This document shows positions 28,647 to 37,648 of a DNA stretch of 64,000 nt, one piece after another. The DNA is taken from assembly GCA_016201735.1 (NCBI GenBank), contig JACQCH010000040.1:18822-82821 (forward strand), given 5' to 3'. The translations under genes were made by a program, and so were the position numbers. Numbering within the stretch: the stretch's first letter is position 1; every line of letters starts with the position of its first letter. This DNA is from Candidatus Omnitrophota bacterium (lineage in GTDB: Bacteria > Omnitrophota > Gorgyraeia > 1-14-0-20-64-10). The notes beneath the pieces were generated by a model. It was given only the letters and a program-made list of their open reading frames with translations. It made no database searches and had not been told where the DNA came from.

Positions 28647-30243
28647 AGAGCAGGCCGTTCTTCCGTTGAAGGAAGAGGTCCATGCCCGGTGGATCGACCG
28701 ATACCGGGAGTTCGCCGATCTGGCGGACCGGATTATTCGGGAAAACCCCCAACGGGCGGTCCTGGCCATTCCGCTGCTTCGTCCAAGACATTGGCCTCCT
28801 CCCAACCAGTTGAAGGTGCTGGATCAATGGGTCCGCGGCGAGGTGAGAATTCCATCCCTGCGGAGCTTGCTCAAGGAGTGGCTCTGGAGTTTGGCCTTTG
28901 CCACTCGAGATACGGTCAGCCTCCTTTTGGCTCAATGGATCACTTGGCCTTTCTTCAGCAGGATGAAAAAAAGGCCGGTGGATCTGTTGATCAAATCGTG
29001 GGGATTCGACTGCCGCAGCTTGGGAGGAGCCGACTTTTACTTTGGAACACTGACGGATCAGCTCGGGGACAGGGGCTTGCGCACCCTGCTTTTGATCGGA
29101 GTCGGATTGGGAAGGTTCGATCCCAATTTCGGTCTGGCGGTCGCGGTCTTTCGAAAGAGCCGCTTCGGGGCTATTCCGGAGTCGGTGCTGATCCCCTGGT
29201 GGGCTCCTTGGAACGTCGCCTTCCAACAGCTGTCTGCCGGGATCGCACTGCGCCGGAGGGCGAATGAGGCCGCCGACCCGAAGATGCAAATCCTTTTGGC
29301 GGCGGCGTGTCGGAACGCCGTTCAGCCGGGTGCCCTGCGGAGCCATCTTTCATTTTATTGGAGCCGCCGGGCGGTCCGCCGATGGAAGCCTAAGGTGTTT
29401 ATGTCTCTCTATGAGGGACAGCCCTGGGAACAGATGGCTTGGGCTGGAGTGAAGGCGTCGGATCCGGACTGTGTGACGGTCGGCTTCCAGCACACCGTCG
29501 TGCTGCCCCATTCCTTGGCCGTTCTTTCTCCCCCTTTGAATTCTCGAGACCCTTCCGCCCCTGAGGTGGTCCTCTGTTTGGGAGAAGCCACTCGAAGGAT
29601 GCTCCAACCCGGCCATGCCCGGAAGGGAACCCGTCTGGTTCTCTTCGGCTCTTTTCGGAGGAGCTCCGGATCATGGGATGAGAACTCTCTGCCCAACCCC
29701 GGGCGCCGGACCGTTCTGGTGTTGCCTGAAGGGATCCCCGAAGAAGTGAAGATCCTGTTCCACTTCGCCACTCGATGCGCCGCGGCCCTGCCCGATGTCC
29801 GGTTCCTGTTCCGATGTCATCCGTTCTTGCCGTTCGATTTAGTCCGTCCCTATCTGGAGATCGTGCCGGAGGATTTTCCAAACATCGAGATTTCTCGGGA
29901 ACCAGCGATTTTAAACGATTTCAAACGGGCCTCGGCGATCCTGTATCGGGGCTCTTCGGCGGTGTTGTATGGTATCCTGGAAGGGCTTAAACCGATCTAC
30001 CTGGATTTAGGAGACGGCCCCGAGGTGGATCCCCTGTTTGAGATGGGCCAGTGGAGAGAGAGGGCCGGTTCGGTCCAGCAGATGGAAGAGGTTCTTCAGC
30101 GGTACGAGGAAGCTTCTTCAGAGGATCTCACCCGGTCTTGGCAGGCGGCGTATGCTTACGTGAACAGCTATTCCCAGCCGGTGGACGAGGGATCCATTGA
30201 CCGATTCCTTCAGGCCCTCGATGAAGCCCGCAGGGGCTCCTAA
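28624..30243 (+). CDS. Hypothetical protein with TagF/KpsS-like GT-B C-terminal features
   Basis: 539 aa. C-terminus 'FRCHPF...AILYRGSSAVLYGILEGLKPIYL' resembles the CDP-glycerol glycerophosphotransferase / capsule-biosynthesis GT-B C-terminal domain. Weak call. Confidence 0.4.
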   Translation: MSLEISSEEQAVLPLKEEVHARWIDRYREFADLADRIIRENPQRAVLAIPLLRPRHWPPPNQLKVLDQWVRGEVRIPSLRSLLKEWLWSLAFATRDTVSLLLAQWITWPFFSRMKKRPVDLLIKSWGFDCRSLGGADFYFGTLTDQLGDRGLRTLLLIGVGLGRFDPNFGLAVAVFRKSRFGAIPESVLIPWWAPWNVAFQQLSAGIALRRRANEAADPKMQILLAAACRNAVQPGALRSHLSFYWSRRAVRRWKPKVFMSLYEGQPWEQMAWAGVKASDPDCVTVGFQHTVVLPHSLAVLSPPLNSRDPSAPEVVLCLGEATRRMLQPGHARKGTRLVLFGSFRRSSGSWDENSLPNPGRRTVLVLPEGIPEEVKILFHFATRCAAALPDVRFLFRCHPFLPFDLVRPYLEIVPEDFPNIEISREPAILNDFKRASAILYRGSSAVLYGILEGLKPIYLDLGDGPEVDPLFEMGQWRERAGSVQQMEEVLQRYEEASSEDLTRSWQAAYAYVNSYSQPVDEGSIDRFLQALDEARRGS

Positions 30244-31248
30244 GTGAATATTCTCTTATTCGGGTATGGGTACATGGGCAAGATCCGCCACGCGGTCCTG
30301 CGCCGGCATCCGGCGGTCCGGCGGGTCACCATTGTGGATCCATTCATCGATCCGAAGATGTTGGATCTCGATGGGGCCGTCCTGCCGCCGTGCGCTCCGG
30401 TTCCCTGGGAGGAGCACGACGCCGCGTTCATCTGCACTCCGAACAACGTGACGGCAGACCTCTGCGCGCAGAGCCTGAGGCGGCTGCGCCGCGTTTTCTG
30501 TGAGAAGCCGCCGGGCCGAAACTGGGAAGAGTTTTGTCAGATTGACGAGGCGGCCCGGTCCGTCCCGGATCACGTGCTGGCGTTCGGCTTCAATCACCGG
30601 CTGCACCCGTCGATTCAGGCCGCTTTGGCCCTTTTAGGGGAGGGGGGTTTAGGGGAGGTCTTGTACGTTAAGGGGACCTATGGGAAGTCGGGCGGCAGCC
30701 AATATCGAGAGAGCTGGCGGAACAACCGGGAGGTCTCCGGGGGGGGAATTCTTTTGGATCAGGGAATCCACATGCTGGACCTGTTCCAACTTTTCCTCGG
30801 ACCCTTGACGGTAGTGGAAGCCGTTTTGACCGATTCATTCTGGAAGTGCGGGGTGGAGGACAACGCCTTCGTGCTGTTGAAGGGCGGCAGGGGGCAGCCG
30901 GCCTTCCTCCATTCCTCCGCCACGCTCTGGAAGCACACGTTCCGAATTGAGATCGGCTGCGAGAATGGATACCTCAAGGCCAGCGGATTCCTCTCCAAGA
31001 CCGGAAGCTACGGGAGGGAGCAGTTGGTCATCGGCAAACGCCAGTTCGAAGATGAAGCATTCTCTCTGGGAAATCCCCGGGAGGAGATCATCCATTTCGA
31101 CCGGGACGAGTCCTGGGACAAGGAGGTTCATGAATTTTTGGCGGCGGTTCAAGAAGGGCGGCCTCCCCATCACGGGTCTTTGGAAGAGGCCCGGCAGGTG
31201 ATGAAACTGGTTCATGACATTTACGCGATGACACCCGTCACTCAATAA
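30244..31248 (+). CDS. Gfo/Idh/MocA family oxidoreductase
   Basis: GTG start. 'ILLFGYGYMGKIRHAVL' Rossmann motif, 'FCEKPPG' (the EKP motif of the family) and a C-terminal alpha/beta domain. Confidence 0.65.
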   Translation: MNILLFGYGYMGKIRHAVLRRHPAVRRVTIVDPFIDPKMLDLDGAVLPPCAPVPWEEHDAAFICTPNNVTADLCAQSLRRLRRVFCEKPPGRNWEEFCQIDEAARSVPDHVLAFGFNHRLHPSIQAALALLGEGGLGEVLYVKGTYGKSGGSQYRESWRNNREVSGGGILLDQGIHMLDLFQLFLGPLTVVEAVLTDSFWKCGVEDNAFVLLKGGRGQPAFLHSSATLWKHTFRIEIGCENGYLKASGFLSKTGSYGREQLVIGKRQFEDEAFSLGNPREEIIHFDRDESWDKEVHEFLAAVQEGRPPHHGSLEEARQVMKLVHDIYAMTPVTQ

Positions 31249-31257
31249 GGAGTTCGC

Positions 31258-32217
31258 ATGCGGTCTGTTGAAACCAACAGCTCATTTCCTTTATCGGCGG
31301 TAAAGCCGCTGGAGGAGCTTGCCAGCTACCGGGAATTCTGCCTTTCACAAACCCTCAAGGCGCTTCAACAAGGCCGGCGAAAACGGCAGATCTCTCCGGT
31401 CACCCATCAGCCGCTTGAGCCGTGCGGAGAGACGGCGGGGCTGGAGTACGGCCGCTGTTCCCAAACCGGATCTTTCTTCCTGATGACCCTTCCGCCCGCG
31501 TCCGCCTGGACACAGCTTCTTGAAGAGGTGAACCGGTTTCGGCATTCCCCGGAGGCCTTCCACTTTACCCATGCCCGCTCCCGGTCGGATAGGGTGTATC
31601 TGCCGAAGCTGGAGTGGATTCAGGAGACCTTGAGGTTTCAGCGGCTGGTTTCTCCCGCCGTTTTAGAGGTGGCTCCTTCTCCAAGCGATCTGATGCCGCT
31701 GTTGAAAGAGAGTGGCCTCTTCTCCAAGGGGTTTACCTCCTCAGAACAAGATGCTTCCAAATCTTCTTTGGATCAGGAGCCGGTGGAGGTGGCTCTTCTG
31801 CTGGAGGCGCTGGACCGAAGCGACGATCCGGAGGCCCTGCTGGAGGCAGTTCGAAAAAGGATGGTGACGGGAGGGCTCCTGTTCGTGACCGCCCTGGTGG
31901 TTTCCGGATTTGACATGGCGGTCTTGGGGATGAACAACCTCTACTGGGTTCCACCGGATCGGGCCAATGGGTTCAGCCTGAAGGGGTTGACCCAGTTCCT
32001 GACGCGGTTCGGCTTTAACCTGCTGGAGGTTTCCACGCCGGGCGTCCTCGATCTGGAGATCGTCCAAGCCCATCGACAGAGGGATCCCTCGATCCCTCTG
32101 TCTGTATTCGAGCGGCAGCTTTTGGAATCCGACGAACAGACTCGCATGGGGTTTCAATCCTTTCTTCAGCAGCAGGGTTTGAGTTCTTTTGCCCGTCTGG
32201 TTGCGAGGAAGGCCTAA
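31258..32217 (+). CDS. Hypothetical protein, possibly a divergent class I methyltransferase
   Basis: Perfect AAGGAG RBS 6 bp upstream. Weak motif-I-like 'VLEVAPSPSD' and 'LLFVTALVVSGFD'. No confident family. Confidence 0.35.
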   Translation: MRSVETNSSFPLSAVKPLEELASYREFCLSQTLKALQQGRRKRQISPVTHQPLEPCGETAGLEYGRCSQTGSFFLMTLPPASAWTQLLEEVNRFRHSPEAFHFTHARSRSDRVYLPKLEWIQETLRFQRLVSPAVLEVAPSPSDLMPLLKESGLFSKGFTSSEQDASKSSLDQEPVEVALLLEALDRSDDPEALLEAVRKRMVTGGLLFVTALVVSGFDMAVLGMNNLYWVPPDRANGFSLKGLTQFLTRFGFNLLEVSTPGVLDLEIVQAHRQRDPSIPLSVFERQLLESDEQTRMGFQSFLQQQGLSSFARLVARKA

Positions 32218-32221
32218 CGTT

Positions 32222-32851
32222 ATGGAGGGGAAGGTGAATTTTTCTTACTTGGAGCAGCACTTCAAGGAAACCGCCGAGATCGCCCATCGGTTGGATGTGG
32301 AGATTCTCGACCGAATGGTGGAGCGGCTGATCCGCCTCCGCCAGGAAGGGGGGCGGCTGTTTCTCTGCGGGGTCGGAGGATCTGCGGGGAATTGTTCCCA
32401 CGCGGTCAACGACTTCCGAAAGCTGACCGGGATCGACGCATCTACACCGGTGGATAACGTGTCGGAATTGACGGCCCGAACCAACGATGAAGGATGGGAA
32501 ACCGTGTTCGCCGAGTGGCTGAAGGTGAGCCGCGCCTGCGACAAGGACCTGCTGATGATTTTTTCCGTGGGTGGGGGAAGCCGGGAACGGAACATCAGCG
32601 CCAATCTCGTGGCGGCGATCGACGAAGCCAAACGCCGGGGGATGGCGGTGCTTGGAGTGGTTGGCAGGGATGGGGGCTATACCCGGCAGAAGGGAGACAT
32701 TGTGCTTGTCATCCCAACGGTGAATCCTCAACAGGTGACCCCCCATGCGGAAGCGTTTCAGTCCGTCGTCTGGCACGCGCTCGTGTGCGATCCTCGATTG
32801 ATGGTTCAGGAAAATAAATGGGAAGCTCTTATGGGGGAGCGTTCGAGATGA
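32222..32851 (+). CDS. gmhA: SIS-domain sedoheptulose-7-phosphate isomerase (GmhA-like)
   Basis: 'GRLFLCGVGGSAGNCSHAVNDFRKL' is the SIS/GmhA signature. 209 aa. Confidence 0.7.
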   Translation: MEGKVNFSYLEQHFKETAEIAHRLDVEILDRMVERLIRLRQEGGRLFLCGVGGSAGNCSHAVNDFRKLTGIDASTPVDNVSELTARTNDEGWETVFAEWLKVSRACDKDLLMIFSVGGGSRERNISANLVAAIDEAKRRGMAVLGVVGRDGGYTRQKGDIVLVIPTVNPQQVTPHAEAFQSVVWHALVCDPRLMVQENKWEALMGERSR

Positions 32852-33543
32852 GAGCGTTGACAGGAATCTTTTTGGACACCAGCAACATCGACGAGATTCG
32901 GAAATATCATGAGCTGGGGATTATTCGCGGCGTGACGACCAACCCGACGATTCTGGTCAAGGATGGGGCTTCCGGGTGGTCCGAGGTGGAGCGCCGATGC
33001 AAACGGATCGCGCAGGCGGTCAGCCCCCTGCCGGTCTCGGTGGAGGTGACCACCAACCATCCCGATGAGATGTTGGCCCAGGCGAAGCTGTTCTCCTCGT
33101 GGGCGGACAACATCAACGTCAAGATCACGGTTCACGGCCCGGAGGGAGGGGTGGAGAATCTGAGGATGATCCACGAATTAGAAACCAACCAGAACATCCG
33201 GATCAACGTGACGGCGATGATGTCCGCTCAACAGTGCCTGCTGGCCGCGATGGCGGGGGCGACGTACGTTTCCATCTTCGGGGGAAGGGTCAACAACATG
33301 GGGTACGATTCCCGGCAGGAGATTCGGCGCTTGAGGCAGCTCCTGGACTCCTTTAACCTGCCGGCGAAGATCATCGTCGGCTCCACACGGGAGGTGCTCA
33401 ACATCATCGAGTGGTTTGAGGCAGGCGCGGATATCGTGACCGCGGTTCCCTCACTCATTGAAGTGATGTTGGTTCATCCCTACAGCAAAGAGACAGTCCG
33501 GATGTTCCTCGAGGACGGCCGAAAGCTGCGCGCGAATGCTTGA
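32848..33543 (+). CDS. Transaldolase / fructose-6-phosphate aldolase family (Tal-MipB subfamily)
   Basis: ATGA overlap. 'IFLDTSNIDEIRKYHELGIIRGVTTNPTIL' and 'NVKIT' (Schiff-base Lys region) are typical of short transaldolases. Confidence 0.7.
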   Translation: MRALTGIFLDTSNIDEIRKYHELGIIRGVTTNPTILVKDGASGWSEVERRCKRIAQAVSPLPVSVEVTTNHPDEMLAQAKLFSSWADNINVKITVHGPEGGVENLRMIHELETNQNIRINVTAMMSAQQCLLAAMAGATYVSIFGGRVNNMGYDSRQEIRRLRQLLDSFNLPAKIIVGSTREVLNIIEWFEAGADIVTAVPSLIEVMLVHPYSKETVRMFLEDGRKLRANA

Positions 33544-34507
33544 GGCATTTCCCTGTCTAAGGCGGGAAGGGATGGGAGTTATTGACGTCGGCTCCCGGGG
33601 AGGGATCCATCCCCGCCTACGGCCGATCGCTTCGATTATTGATGTGGTCGGTTTTGAGCCTGATGCGGAGGAGGTCCGCCGCCTACAAGGGGAAGAGACC
33701 GGGCTGTTCCGATCCGTTCGGCATCTTCCTTATGCCTTGGGTCAAACCGACGGCCGTCAGACCCTTCATTTGTGCCGTTCCCGGGGGACCAGCTCCTTCT
33801 TAAAACCGAACCGCCCGTTCCTGGATCGCTTTCCGGATGCCTCCCGTTTTGATGTGGAAACGGCGCAGTCGGTAGAGGTGAAATCGCTGGATGGTTTGAT
33901 TCAAGGTTTCAGCGGCGGGTTGCCGCGCCAAATCGATTTTCTGAAGCTGGACACCCAGGGGTCGGAGTTGCTTGTCCTCAAAGGAGCGCATCAGACCTTG
34001 AGGTCGCAGGTGGTCGCTCTCGATATAGAGGTGGAGTTTGCCCCCCTCTATGAATCTCAGCCCCTCTTTCGGGATGTTGACGCATACCTGGCGGAATGCG
34101 GATTCACCCTGTTTAAATTGCGGAGGATGGAATGGGTCCGGCGCGGCTATGCCGAGCGGCCGTATCGCAGCGGTGGCCAGATCGTTTTCGGCGAGGCGGT
34201 TTATTTGAAGGACCCTCTGTCCAATGAGCAGTGGAGTCCTACTGCCCATCAGGTGGAGGCGCTAGTCCTTCTGGCGATCCTGTACGGCCAGCATGACTTT
34301 GTCAAGGAACTGATGGAACTGGCCCCGATCCAGGGCCGATGCGATGTTCCGGCGATCCGGGCGGTCCTGGAGCGAAACAGCCGCCGATCCAATTTCGAGA
34401 TGGGGACAAATCCGCTCCGACAGGCCTGGCGTTCGATGGGAACTCTCTGGGACCAATTCCGCCGCCGCTCTTCTTGGGGACGGGGGGATCCATGGGTTGG
34501 GAATTAA
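33536..34507 (+). CDS. FkbM-family SAM-dependent methyltransferase
   Basis: 'GVIDVGSRGGIHP' and 'VVGFEPD' form the FkbM motif. 323 aa. Confidence 0.55.
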   Translation: MLEAFPCLRREGMGVIDVGSRGGIHPRLRPIASIIDVVGFEPDAEEVRRLQGEETGLFRSVRHLPYALGQTDGRQTLHLCRSRGTSSFLKPNRPFLDRFPDASRFDVETAQSVEVKSLDGLIQGFSGGLPRQIDFLKLDTQGSELLVLKGAHQTLRSQVVALDIEVEFAPLYESQPLFRDVDAYLAECGFTLFKLRRMEWVRRGYAERPYRSGGQIVFGEAVYLKDPLSNEQWSPTAHQVEALVLLAILYGQHDFVKELMELAPIQGRCDVPAIRAVLERNSRRSNFEMGTNPLRQAWRSMGTLWDQFRRRSSWGRGDPWVGN

Positions 34508-34525
34508 GCAGATGAGGGGGTAAGA

Positions 34526-35323
34526 GTGGTCCAGGGAAATCATTCGTTGAAACGAAAACTGCGGGCCCGTGAGCCGGTCTTAGGGGCTTGGACCTCGTTG
34601 GCCCATCCCTCCATCACGGAGATTTTTGCCGCCTGCGGGGTGGACTTTGTCGGCATCGATATGGAGCATAGCACCATCACGCTCGAACAGGCCCAACAGG
34701 TGATGGCCGCCTCCCAGGCAGGCCAAGCGGCTTGCCTGCCGCGGGTCTCCTCTCACAATGGAGAGCAGATCCGGCGCCTCCTAGATTCCGGCGCGGATGG
34801 GATTATTGTCCCCAACGTCTCCTCGGCCAAGGAGGCGATCCCTCTTATCGAGTGGTGCAAGTATCCCCCTGTGGGCAAGCGCAGCTACGGGATCGCGCGT
34901 GCGCAGGGGTACGGCTTTCAATTTGAGGAATACACCCGGACATGGAACGAGCGCTCGGTCTTACTCCTTCAGATCGAGTCCGAGCAGGGGGCAGGCAGGA
35001 TTAACGAGCTTCTTCAATTCGACGCCGTGGATGGAGTCATGATCGGTCCCTACGATATGTCCGGTTCATTGGGAATTCCAGGCCAACTCGATCATCCTCT
35101 GATTTTAGAAGCCTGCCGGGGAGTCATCGACGCGGCCCGGCGGCACCGAAAGGCCTGCGGCACGCAGGTCGTGGACCCGACAGAGGAGAACGTGGCGGCC
35201 GCCTTTGAGGCGGGGTATACCTTTGTGGTATTGGCCTCGGACATCTTTATCCTTTGGAAATGGAGCCAAAGGATGCGGACGCTTACTGAGAACCTCAAAG
35301 CAGGGCTTCAACCCAAGACCTAA
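34526..35323 (+). CDS. HpcH/HpaI-family class II (pyruvate) aldolase
   Basis: 'VLGAWTSLAHPSITEIFAACGVDFVGIDMEHSTI' and 'DGVMIGPYDMSGSLGIPGQ' are the HpcH/HpaI/2-dehydro-3-deoxy-sugar-acid aldolase motifs. Confidence 0.7.
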   Translation: MVQGNHSLKRKLRAREPVLGAWTSLAHPSITEIFAACGVDFVGIDMEHSTITLEQAQQVMAASQAGQAACLPRVSSHNGEQIRRLLDSGADGIIVPNVSSAKEAIPLIEWCKYPPVGKRSYGIARAQGYGFQFEEYTRTWNERSVLLLQIESEQGAGRINELLQFDAVDGVMIGPYDMSGSLGIPGQLDHPLILEACRGVIDAARRHRKACGTQVVDPTEENVAAAFEAGYTFVVLASDIFILWKWSQRMRTLTENLKAGLQPKT

Positions 35324-36106
35324 ATGGCCAACAAAATTCCAATCGGAGTTGAGAAACGGTTCAATCTGCGGGGGAAGGTGGCGGCGGTGGTCGGGGGAGC
35401 AGGGTATCTGTGCTCCATGCTTGCCCGGGCCATGTGCGAGTCGGGTATGAAGGTGGTGGTCCTGGATCTGGCTCCATTTCCAAAGGGGAAAGGTTCCTCC
35501 GGTTTCAAGGATGGACCCCGCAGCCTCCCCTGCGACATCCTGGACAAGAAAGGCCTGATCCGATGCCGGGATGAAATCCTTAAAATGCATGGGCGGGTGG
35601 ACGTCTTGTTAAACGGGGCGGGAACCAATGCCCCGACCCCTTTCTCAGACATCACCCATGAGGAATTTCAGAAGATCGTAGGAGTGAATCTGTTGGGAAC
35701 CCTCTACGGATGCCAGGCCTTCGGGGAAAGCATGATCCGGCAGAAATCGGGGAGCATCATCAACTTCGCTTCCGTTTCTTCAGGGCCCCCTTTGTCAAAG
35801 GCCTTTGTCTACTCCGCGGCGAAATCCGGGGTGGTGAGTTTAACCCAGAACCTGGCCCGGGAATGGGCTCCTTTTCGGGTGCGGGTCAACGCGCTCCGGC
35901 CGGGGTTCTTTCCGACGAAGTGGAGCATGGAACATTTCATTGATCGGGATCGAAAGGCCAAGATCTTAAATCATACTCCCATGGGGCGTTTTGGCAGGCC
36001 CGAAGAGCTCATTGGCCCGGTCTTGTGGCTGGCTTCCGATGCCGCCAGTTTTGTGACCGGTTCGGTGGTGGCCGTGGACGGCGGTTTTACCGCCATGACG
36101 ATATGA
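35324..36106 (+). CDS. Short-chain dehydrogenase/reductase (SDR)
   Basis: 'KVAAVVGGAGYLCSMLA' Rossmann motif and 'YSAAKSGV' catalytic Y-x3-K. Confidence 0.65.
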   Translation: MANKIPIGVEKRFNLRGKVAAVVGGAGYLCSMLARAMCESGMKVVVLDLAPFPKGKGSSGFKDGPRSLPCDILDKKGLIRCRDEILKMHGRVDVLLNGAGTNAPTPFSDITHEEFQKIVGVNLLGTLYGCQAFGESMIRQKSGSIINFASVSSGPPLSKAFVYSAAKSGVVSLTQNLAREWAPFRVRVNALRPGFFPTKWSMEHFIDRDRKAKILNHTPMGRFGRPEELIGPVLWLASDAASFVTGSVVAVDGGFTAMTI

Positions 36107-36861
36107 CCCCCCCAAGAGACAGGCGGGTGGTGGCCGTCACAGGAGGGACTCGGGGCATTGGGCGGGCCATCTCAGAACTGTTCCTCGAGCGGGGTGACCA
36201 GGTCTGTGTCTGCGCCCGCTCTTTAGACGAGAACGATCTGCCGAAGGAGATGGCCCGCTTCTCCGTGGATGTCCGTCATCCTTCCGAGTTGGAAGGTTTT
36301 GCGCGGGCGGTGAAGAGTCGGTTTGGATCGCTGGACGTTTTTGTCAACTCCGCAGGGATATCCCAGTGGAGGCCCATTGGGGAATTGGACGAAGCCTTCG
36401 TTAAGGAAATAGTGGAAACCAACCTCTTGGGCACCCTCTGGGGATGCCGCTCGGCGGCCGGAGTGATGAAGGCGGGAGGGGCCATCGTCAACATCTCCAG
36501 CCTGGCCGGTAAAAGAGGCTCTGCCAACAACAGTGCTTACTGCGCGTCAAAATTTGCCGTCAATGGAATCACACAATCCCTGGCGAAGGAACTGGGACCC
36601 CAGGGGATCCGGGTCAACGCGGTCTGTCCCGTCTACGTCCGTACGGAAGAGCTGACAAAGGCTCTTTCGAAACCGGATTCGCCGGTGAAGGATCAGGCGG
36701 TGGAGGCGTATCTGACTTCCTTCGCCGCAACCCAAACGGCCCTTAGGCGGCTGCCGGAGGCCCTGGAGGTGGCTGGGGTAGTTTACTTTCTGGCCAGCCC
36801 CGATGCTTCCGCCGTGACCGGGCAGTGCATCAACGTGGACTGCGGGACCTTTCCCCAGTAG
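36103..36861 (+). CDS. Short-chain dehydrogenase/reductase (SDR, FabG-like)
   Basis: ATGA overlap. 'VVAVTGGTRGIGRAI' and 'YCASKFAV'. The N-terminal extension of ORF 36025 is rejected. Confidence 0.65.
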   Translation: MTPPRDRRVVAVTGGTRGIGRAISELFLERGDQVCVCARSLDENDLPKEMARFSVDVRHPSELEGFARAVKSRFGSLDVFVNSAGISQWRPIGELDEAFVKEIVETNLLGTLWGCRSAAGVMKAGGAIVNISSLAGKRGSANNSAYCASKFAVNGITQSLAKELGPQGIRVNAVCPVYVRTEELTKALSKPDSPVKDQAVEAYLTSFAATQTALRRLPEALEVAGVVYFLASPDASAVTGQCINVDCGTFPQ

Positions 36862-36868
36862 TGGAGCC

Positions 36869-37648
36869 GTGAGACCGATCCGAGTCGTGGCTGTGATCCC
36901 TGCGCGGATCAACTCCACCCGATTCCCCGGGAAACCTCTTTTGGAGGTTCAGGGGCTTCCGATGGTGGAGCATGTGCGGCGGCGGGCGCTGCTGGCCAAA
37001 GGATTTTGTTGCGTGGTCGTGGCGACCTGTGATCGGTCCATCGCAGAGGCGGTGGAACATTTTGGAGGGCAGGTGGTGATGACCTCGGCCGCCCACCCGG
37101 CTGCGACGGATCGGGTGGCGGAAGCGGCCCGGCATCTGGAGTGCACTCATGTGGTGAACGTTCAGGGGGATGAAATCCTGGTGCTCCCTTCCGATCTGGA
37201 AAAGATGCTGCGGGCGATGGAGAAGAACCCGGATCTTCCGGCTTGGAACGGAGTCGCCCCCCTTGTGGATCCTAAAGAGCTGACGGACCCTTCGGTGGTC
37301 AAATGCGCGGTCTCCCGAAGCGGCAGGATCCTGTTCTGCTCCAGGGTTTTTTCCGGAGGACGATTGGGGAATCCCTTACCGAGAACCCCGCTGCGCCGGG
37401 TCTTAGGCATCCTGGGGTACCGGAAGGAGTTCCTGGACCGGTACGGAACCCTCTCCAGGACCCCTTTGGAAACGGCTGAGTCCATTGACCAGTCCCGCAT
37501 CATCGAACATGATTTCCCCCTGCAGTCCGTGGAGTTTTCCAACGGTTATCCAGGGATCAATGAACCCCGCGAGATCGAGATGGTTCACACGGTTCTCCGG
37601 GAAGATCCGCTGCAGGAGACGGTTCTGAAGGAGGTGCTGGCCGGATGA
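36869..37648 (+). CDS. KdsB-family cytidylyltransferase (CMP-3-deoxy-2-ulosonic acid synthetase-like)
   Basis: 'RVVAVIPARINSTRFPGKPLLEVQGLPMVEHV' is near-canonical KdsB. 259 aa. Confidence 0.75.
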   Translation: MRPIRVVAVIPARINSTRFPGKPLLEVQGLPMVEHVRRRALLAKGFCCVVVATCDRSIAEAVEHFGGQVVMTSAAHPAATDRVAEAARHLECTHVVNVQGDEILVLPSDLEKMLRAMEKNPDLPAWNGVAPLVDPKELTDPSVVKCAVSRSGRILFCSRVFSGGRLGNPLPRTPLRRVLGILGYRKEFLDRYGTLSRTPLETAESIDQSRIIEHDFPLQSVEFSNGYPGINEPREIEMVHTVLREDPLQETVLKEVLAG

